From Octopus sinensis (Eukaryota), in the NCBI RefSeq assembly GCF_006345805.1, contig NW_021834861.1:1-44861 (forward strand): 44,861 nucleotides of DNA, given 5' to 3'. The position numbers were made by a program, and so were the translations under genes. Shown here piece after piece: positions 37,188 through 44,861 of the stretch (position 1 is its first letter; every line of letters begins with the position of its first letter). The notes below the pieces were generated by a model that saw only the letters and a program-made list of their open reading frames with translations, made no database searches and was not told where the DNA came from.

Positions 37188-37499
37188 GAGGCGCAATGGC
37201 CCAGTGGTTAGGGCAGCGGACTTGCGGTCGTAGGATCGCGGTTTCGATTCCCAGACCAGGCGTTGTGTGTGTTTATTGAGCGAAAACAACTAAAGCCCCA
37301 CGAGGCTCCGGCAGGGAGATGGTGGCGATCCCTGCTGTACTCTTTCGCTACCACTTTCTCTCACTCTTTCTTCTGTTGGCCTGCTCGCTTAGCCAGCGGG
37401 GTGGCGTCATTTGAAGGCTAAAACAATGCGAAGCGCATTGTGACCAGCGATGTGTAGCAACATCTAATAGCCTGGTCGGTCTCGGTGATCACGGTGATA
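37185..37499 (+). mobile_element. SINE with head H1 and a different tail (T3)
   Basis: Matches H1 family to ~37375, then GGCCTGCTCGCTTAGCCAGCGGGG..CACGGTGATA; inserted between (GT)n and (CA)n. Confidence 0.82.
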
Positions 37500-38059
37500 T
37501 ACACACACACACACCAACACACACACACACACTAGGTTTTAATGAATGAGATCTGCAAACAGATCTCTGACATGTTTTGGAGAATTTGATCATATTCGTC
37601 GCAAAAAATTATGTAAAAAAAATATATCGCCGAAAACAATCGAAGTAATGAAAACTTAGGAATCCAAAATTTCAGGATTGCAGGTTCGGATTCGGCCCGG
37701 AATGTTTTTAATTTTCTCACGGAGTTAGCCTTTAGATTATAAAAATTGTTATGAGACAAAAAAAATTCAATGACACTCCTACTATTCCTCACGATGGGGT
37801 GAGAAAAAAAGAGAGGGAAAGAAAGACCCAAAGAAATTTTGGGAAAGTTGATGTTTTATATAACGTAGTAGTCTTGATGGTTGCAGTATGAGTAATAATA
37901 AAAGACAGAGAAAGTGTGGGTGTGTGAGAAGAAGAGGGAGACGATGTATAACTTTGTTTAACCATGTCTCTTTGAAAGAAATTCTTGTCACCAACATCCT
38001 GAACATTATGTTTTTATTTCTTTAATACACACACACACACACAATACACTTTAATTGAA

Positions 38060-38564
38060 ATAAATTCGACCTCCCGAATTAATGAAAACATCATGAAAAT
38101 TCATGGACTGATATTGGAGGACCGTCGCCAAACATTTGATGAACTCGTTGATATGACTGGTATGTTCTGGAGCTCCTGCCAACGAATTTTAAGCGAGGAA
38201 TTGCGAAGGAAGGCTTGAAGCAAAATCTGTGCCTCGCTTGCCCCCCCCCCCCATGGAAGATCAAAAGCAGTCACGACTGAATGCGTGTAGTGAACTGAAA
38301 GAACAGTTGGAAGTTGGCCCGAAGCTTTTTTTCGAAGGACATCCCTGGTGACGAAAGCTGGTGTTACGAAATTCGCAGATGTGAAAGAGGTGAATATAAA
38401 AAAGGACGCAAGAGTTCCCGCACTGTTCGAATAGTGGAAAATGAGCGCGGACCAATGCATTGTTTCAAATAGAGAATATTTTGAAAACGATAAAAGTGTA
38501 AACATGTAAAACTAAGGGAATAAAATGATTTTGCAAAATTTCGGTTACCACAATACAAACGTAT
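38060..38564 (+). mobile_element. Internally deleted mariner fragment related to 4988-5856
   Basis: LILEDRRQTFDELVDMTGMFWSSCQRILSEELR; IPGDESWCY; ..CIVSNREYFEND C-terminus; TIR-like TTCGGTTAC..CGTA. Confidence 0.78.
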
Positions 38565-38586
38565 ATATATATATATATATAATAAT

Positions 38587-38635
<49 letters not shown>

Positions 38636-38654
38636 TAAAACCACAATACAAACG

Positions 38655-38727
<73 letters not shown>

Positions 38728-38738
38728 TATATATATTA

Positions 38739-39003
38739 TAGAAGAGAGTAGGCTCGAAAACGTAAAAGACTGTTTCTCTATATTATATAATATATATATA
38801 TAGGAAGAGTTTACGAAAAAAAAAAACAAAAGACGAAGACAGGTGGTGTACAAAAACAAACAGATATATTAGTATAACGCTCAGGAATAGAAAACAGTCT
38901 TTTACGTTTCGAGCCTACTCTCTTCTACAGAAAGGGACACAGAAAAAAAAAAAAACAAGGAGAGAAAAAAATGCATGTAGTAGCTAACGATCTATCATGG
39001 CGA
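38739..39003. mobile_element. Penelope-like terminal fragment with ~40-bp inverted repeat
   Basis: TAGAAGAGAGTAGGCTCGAAAACGTAAAAGACTGTTT (38739) inverted at 38893-38928; degenerate CTGTAGA..GAAAC hammerhead-like motif on minus. Confidence 0.5.
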
Positions 39004-39239
39004 CTGTGTATATATTTATATACAGACACCCTTACATATATACATACATGCATACATACATACATACACTCATCCAAACATACGTGCACACATATGGCCA
39101 GGCTGACATACGTACTTAAATACATACATATGGACAGATAGTGGAACAGACAGACATTCATACATGTATTACACACTCGATTATTTTATGTTTATTTGCG
39201 TGAGTGGGTGTCTGTATACATCTCACGCGTCTATATATG

Positions 39240-39243
39240 TATG

Positions 39244-39277
<34 letters not shown>

Positions 39278-39356
39278 GTGTATATATATAATCCTTAAAA
39301 TCCTTAAAAATGTTTTAGCCCGAAGGCCGCGGCCATGCTGGGGCACCACCGCTATC

Positions 39357-39389
<33 letters not shown>

Positions 39390-39671
39390 GTATACATATA
39401 TATATATATATATGTGTATGTATATATATATATATGTGTATGTATATATATATTATATATATATATATATATATGTATATTGCATATATATATATATAAC
39501 ACACTTATATATATAGAGAGAGAGATACATATGTACATAAAGATATATATGTAGTATGTATAATTGCATACATCTATCTCTCTCTCTCTCTTATATATAT
39601 ATATATATTCTATGTGTTATATATATATATTACAATATACATATATATATATGTATATATATACATATATA

Positions 39672-39723
<52 letters not shown>

Positions 39724-39783
39724 ATATATGTATATATATATATAATATATTATATATATTATATATATATTATATGTATATGG

Positions 39784-39847
<64 letters not shown>

Positions 39848-39996
39848 ATATATATATATATATATATATGCATATACATATATATATATATATATATTTA
39901 CATATATACTTATATATATACGTAAGCATAGAACACTACTACACATATATATATACATACATACATATATACATACATACATACATATATACATAC

Positions 39997-40030
<34 letters not shown>

Positions 40031-40190
40031 TGAGATGTATGCAATTATACATACTACATATATATCTTTATGTACATATGTATCTCTCTATATATATATA
40101 TGTGTGTGTGTATATCTGTACACCCACACATACATATACGTATACCCACACACGCATATATATATATATATATTTATTTATTTATTTATA
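39240..40190. repeat. Long degenerate (TA)n/(TACA)n/(GA)n low-complexity tract
   Basis: Direct reading. Confidence 0.95.
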
Positions 40191-40619
40191 TATGGGGACG
40201 AAGAGGAAGCGTAAGGAGGAGGAGGATATTGGTAGTGTTTGTGCCGGTAGCAAGAGTTGAGGATCACGATTTAAGGGCATGATGATGTTCGATGGTAACC
40301 GAGGTGTTTGCGGAGGTGTGTCAATCTAATGCCGATAGCAATATGATTGTAGCAACGCTGGATGTTGATGATGGGCAGTGAGAAGGTGCTGGTGTGGTGA
40401 AGGTGGCGGTGGTTGTGGTGGTAGTGGTGGCGGCGGGGCGAAGGTGGTGGTGGTGTTTGTGGTGGTGAAGGTGGTGGTGGTGTTGGTGGTGGTGTCGTCG
40501 ATGGAGGTGGAAACGGTAGCATTTGCCTTGCAGTAGGGATTTTTTTCTTTTTTTCTTTTTTTCTTTTTTTTTATTTTGTGAGTTATTGCACTTTTACAAC
40601 AACTGCTACTCTCACTAAC

Positions 40620-40622
40620 CAT

Positions 40623-40716
<94 letters not shown>

Positions 40717-40786
40717 GCTACTACTGCTGCTGCTACTACTACTACTACTACTACTACTACTGCTACTACTACTACTGCTACTGCTG

Positions 40787-40823
<37 letters not shown>

Positions 40824-40990
40824 TACTACTACTACTACTACTACCATCACCATCACCCTGCTGCCGCCGCTACCACTACTACGGCCAGTACTATTACTAA
40901 CAACACCACCGCTGCCGCCACTACTACTACTACTGCTGCTACTACCACCACCACCACCACCACCACCGCCACCGTCAATACTACTACCAC

Positions 40991-41034
<44 letters not shown>

Positions 41035-41067
41035 TAATACAACAACAATAATATAATAATAATAATG

Positions 41068-41103
<36 letters not shown>

Positions 41104-41128
41104 TAATAATAATAATAATAATATAATG

Positions 41129-41213
<85 letters not shown>

Positions 41214-41249
41214 TATACAACAACAATAATAATAATAATAATAATGATA

Positions 41250-41299
<50 letters not shown>

Positions 41300-41370
41300 T
41301 AATAATATAATACAGCCACCACTATCAGCGCCACTGCTGCTGCTGCTTCTGCTACTACTACTACTACCTA
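40620..41370. repeat. Compound (ACT)n/(GCT)n/(ACC)n/(AAT)n microsatellite
   Basis: Direct reading. Confidence 0.95.
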
Positions 41371-41765
41371 TGCCTACAAGCAGTTATTGTGGTAATATTG
41401 TGGATGAACTTATCAATTGCATTCCGAATATCCGGACAGCTGGGAAAATAAACGATGTCCGATTCGGAGAAATTAGTCGGAATTTGAAATAATAACATTT
41501 ATTGAAGTCCATAAACTGAAAAACACGTCTTCCCACGCAGGCAGGCCCCAGCAAATGCGTACGCACGCACGCAGCTGGCATATACGCATGCATACACACA
41601 TACACATTATACACCCCCTCCATTCAGATAAAAACATGGAAACATACTGTACATGAAGATAAGCGCATAAGTCACATACACAGATATATATAATATACAT
41701 ACAAACACACTCAGGCTCCCTCACACGCATAGGCACTCACTCATTCGCTCTCTCTGTCTCTCTAT

Positions 41766-41819
<54 letters not shown>

Positions 41820-42076
41820 GTATGCATACATAAACAGACACCGACACGCTCCCTGACACACACGCAAACACGATTTGAGAGAACGTGGGAGCATATTCGT
41901 GTTCATTCTACTTGCTAGAAAGAACAGTCAAATCTCCCTCAGATCAAACGCATACTGTCTCGAAACGGAAACAGGACACGTTAGAGAATGTGTTCCATAT
42001 ACAGGGTGTCCCAAAATTAAGGTGACCGAAGTTTCGGGCTTTAATAACTATCAATAAATGTGATAAGATATGTAAA

Positions 42077-42301
42077 TCACCACAACTTTCTCTCACTCTT
42101 ACTTCCTGTTTCTGTAGTACCTGTATTTCAAAGGACCGGCCTTGTCACTCTCTGTGTCACGCTGAATATCCCCGAGAACTGCGTTAAGTGTACACGTGTC
42201 TGTGGAGTGCTCAGCCACTTACACGTTAATTTCACGAGCAGGCTGTTCCGTTGATTCGGATCAACCGGAACCCTCATCGTCGTAACCGACGGAGTGCTTC
42301 C
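42077..42301 (+). mobile_element. 5'-truncated SINE (tail T1)
   Basis: Reverse complement of the 3' part of 6171-6558. Confidence 0.88.
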
Positions 42302-42575
42302 CCAAATTAATACGTCCCTACAAAACCTTAGTGTCTTCTTTTTGTTTCAAATTAAACAAATTCAGATCTATAAATTAGATAATGGCGGCAGACCGAGTTA
42401 CAATCGCAACCCTCCACAAAGGAGGTGAAAGTAATACAGCCATAGCACAAAGCTTAAAAGTAACCGAACCGCAGTCTGGAACATACTTTAAAATTTTCAA
42501 GAGACCGGTTCCACCACTGATCGAGTTGGAATTGGTTGAAAAAGAAGTGTGCGGACGCCTCAACTTGTCAAAAGT

Positions 42576-42959
42576 GATGGAAGCACTCCGTCGGTTACGA
42601 CGATGAGGGTTCCGGTTGATCCGAATCAACGGAACACCCTGCTCGTGAAATTAACGTGTAAGTGGCTGAGCATTCCACAGACACGTGTACCCTTAACGTA
42701 GTTCTCGGGGATATTCAGCGTGACAGAGAGTGACAAGGCCGGCCCTTTGAAATACAGGTACAACAGAAACAGGAAGTAAGAGTGAGAGAAAGTTGTGGTG
42801 AAAGAGTACAACAGGGATCACCACCACACCCCTGCCGGAGCCTCGTGGAGCTTCAGGTGTTTTCGCTCAATGAACACACACAACGCCCGGTCTGGGAATC
42901 GAAACCGCGATCCTACGACCGCGAGTCCGCTGCCCTAACCACTGGGCCATAGCGCCTCC
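42576..42959 (-). mobile_element. Full-length SINE H1+T1 within the transposase
   Basis: 13-bp TSD ACTTGTCAAAAGT at 42563 and 42960. Confidence 0.92.
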
Positions 42960-43224
42960 ACTTGTCAAAAGTACAAGAGAAAAGATATGGCGAAATCTTC
43001 GTCGTTTCATCAGAAAAATTGGCTGCCACAACAAAAGTAAGGCGAACATCGATGTATCGAGTGCTGAAAGGGTATTTCAGGAACCACCCCTATATGATGA
43101 TCCGTCGTCACGTCATGAGCTCGTGTAAGTTCACAAGGCCATGAGACTGGAGAGAAGCCCTCTTATCCTGCGTCAGATTGCTTGAAGGTATGCTGCACAA
43201 CCTGGTGTTCACTGACGATAAGAA

Positions 43225-43557
43225 TCCTATAGGAGCACTCCGTCGGTTGCGACGACGAGGGTCCCAGCTGATACGATCAACGGAACAGCTTGCTCGTGGA
43301 ATTAACGGGCAAGTGACTGAGCAATCCACAGACACGAGTACCCTTAACGTAGTTCTCAGGGAGATTCAGCGTGACACAGAGTGTGACAAGGCCGGCCCTT
43401 TGAAATACAGGTACAACTCATTTTTGCCAGCTGAGTGGACTGGAGCAACGTGAAATAAAGTGTCTTGCTCAAGGACACAATGCATCGCCGGGAATCGAAC
43501 TCACGACCTTACAATCGTCAGTCGAATGCTCTAACCACTAAGCCACGCGCCTTCACG
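43225..43557 (-). mobile_element. SINE with head H2 and tail T1 within the transposase
   Basis: 13-bp TSD CTGACGATAAGAA at 43212 and 43558; head resembles 9229, tail resembles 6171. Confidence 0.88.
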
Positions 43558-44473
43558 CTGACGATAAGAAATTTGACGTTGAACAGACAGTAAACCACCA
43601 GAATGACTGACTTTGGAGAGTATTCTGGAAGCTAAAATTGCTTCCATGGGTGAATGAACACATTCAAGACGCACCTTAGAGTCTCCAACAGGACTCAGCA
43701 CCATCCAGACACAGCACAGAGCAGACACAACACTAGATTCAGGAAAGCATCCCATTATATATATACATAGGCAACGATTTATAGTCCCCCAAGAAGTCCC
43801 AATCTCAATCCGTTGGATTTTTCTGTTTGGTTCTTTTCGGAGACGAGAGTCGCGAGCATTCCTCATGCTTCGCTTGACATTCTGAAGTCAAAAACTGCAC
43901 CAGGAATATGACTTCGATTCCGCAAGAACAGCTGCGTGTCGAGTTTGAAACATTCTCAACAACATTCTTAAGGGTGTGATTCGAAACAGGTAGTGATATC
44001 GAATAAATGTAGTAGTGTCGAAATTTTCTCCTACCATTGCATTGCAACGCTCGGACCCCCTGAAATATAACGATATTTTGCTTTAGCAAAATTCAAATAA
44101 GCTGGTTGCCTTAATTTTTGAGATACCCTGTATTGTGTGTGGTGTGTGTGTTTTATGCATATATAAACATTTTGTTGTGTCTGGGGGGGGGGGTGTCATT
44201 CTGTTTTAATGCCGTATAGACATATATATATAATATATATACAAGATAAGAAAACGGAGAAAACATCCAAATCAAATATCAATTACCAGATAATACTCAA
44301 TCACATTATTTATTAAACCACCACATAAGAGACTGTAGGGTTAAATATAAAAGCAGAACAAATCAGTGTACATAGGAATGTAATAAAAAAGTGTACATAA
44401 AAGAGTAATGTTGTATAATAAGTAGAAATATATTATAAAGAGAATATAAAATAAGTAAATATATAAGTATAGA

Positions 44474-44610
44474 TTACATCTTACAGCTGTTTCGGCCTTG
44501 TCGATAAGTATGTCTCATTTTACCAATATTAGCCCTTTATGGTTGGTCAATATATAGATATAAATGAGACATTTACAAAATATCATAAGGCCTCTTCGGA
44601 GATTATGTAA
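44474..44610 (-). ncRNA. Type I hammerhead ribozyme motif (U4C core variant, long stem II, palindromic minimal stem III)
   Basis: Minus strand UUACAUAAUCU-CCGAAGA-GGCCUU..(AUGUCUCAUUU/AAAUGAGACAU)..AAGGCC-GAAA-CAGCUG-UA^AGAUGUAA; all three stems pair. Confidence 0.75.
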
Positions 44611-44861
44611 TATAACTCAGTCTACATATATACCCACATGGGTGTGGGTGCGTACCCACATACAACATATTCATATAATATGAGTGCATATACTCACACT
44701 CTTATACATATAAAAATATACATTTACATAATGATATAAATAAATAATATAAATTAGTAAACATATATATATGTGTTCCACACTCAATGTCTCAGTTTTT
44801 CGACTTAATATTGTGATAATAAACATACACAAATTAGTACCTAGATGCAAATATACATAGT

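Larger units (their letters stand above)
42002..44130 (+). mobile_element. Tc1/mariner-superfamily transposon with both TIRs and TA TSD; decayed transposase; three nested SINEs
   Basis: TA|CAGGGTGTCCCAAAATTAAGGTGACC..GGTTGCCTTAATTTTTGAGATACCCTG|TA; MAADRVTIATLHKGG, LVFTDDKKFDVEQ (rejoined across SINE), SPNLNPLDFSVW. Confidence 0.9.

Noticed and set aside
37532-37790. Possible MITE-like DNA element
   Set aside because: No matching TIR pair or second copy found in the window
38546-38660. Direct repeat ACCACAATACAAACGTAT flanking (TA)n
   Set aside because: Simple local slippage or duplication at a transposon end
39204-41334. Long YI-, V- and Y-rich ORFs up to 240 aa
   Set aside because: Low-complexity microsatellite translations

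Overview
AT-rich, repeat-dense eukaryotic DNA with no intact host gene. The SINE, LINE and microsatellite content looks like a cephalopod (Octopus-like) genome; this is inference. Most of the supplied ORFs are microsatellite or transposon artefacts. The centre (15447-31051) is a ~15.6 kb palindrome-like structure: two ~1.86 kb inverted arms, each carrying the 5' half of an intron-containing alpha-tubulin pseudogene (ATG-only exon 1, intron 1, exon 2). Between them lie five ~2.29 kb tandem units (tubulin exon 2 and exon 3 on +, tubulin residues ~188-290 on -, a retroelement tail, a Helitron tip) and a Helitron RepHel fragment. Also present: an ORF1-only CCHC-knuckle retroelement with a 16-bp TSD that shares its 3' tail with an L1/Tx1-like LINE and a SINE; R4/Dong-like LINEs; mariner/Tc1 elements; non-autonomous Helitrons; modular tRNA-derived SINEs; and a type I hammerhead ribozyme motif with a long stem II at 44474-44610 (-). 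All alignments and coordinates were read by eye.
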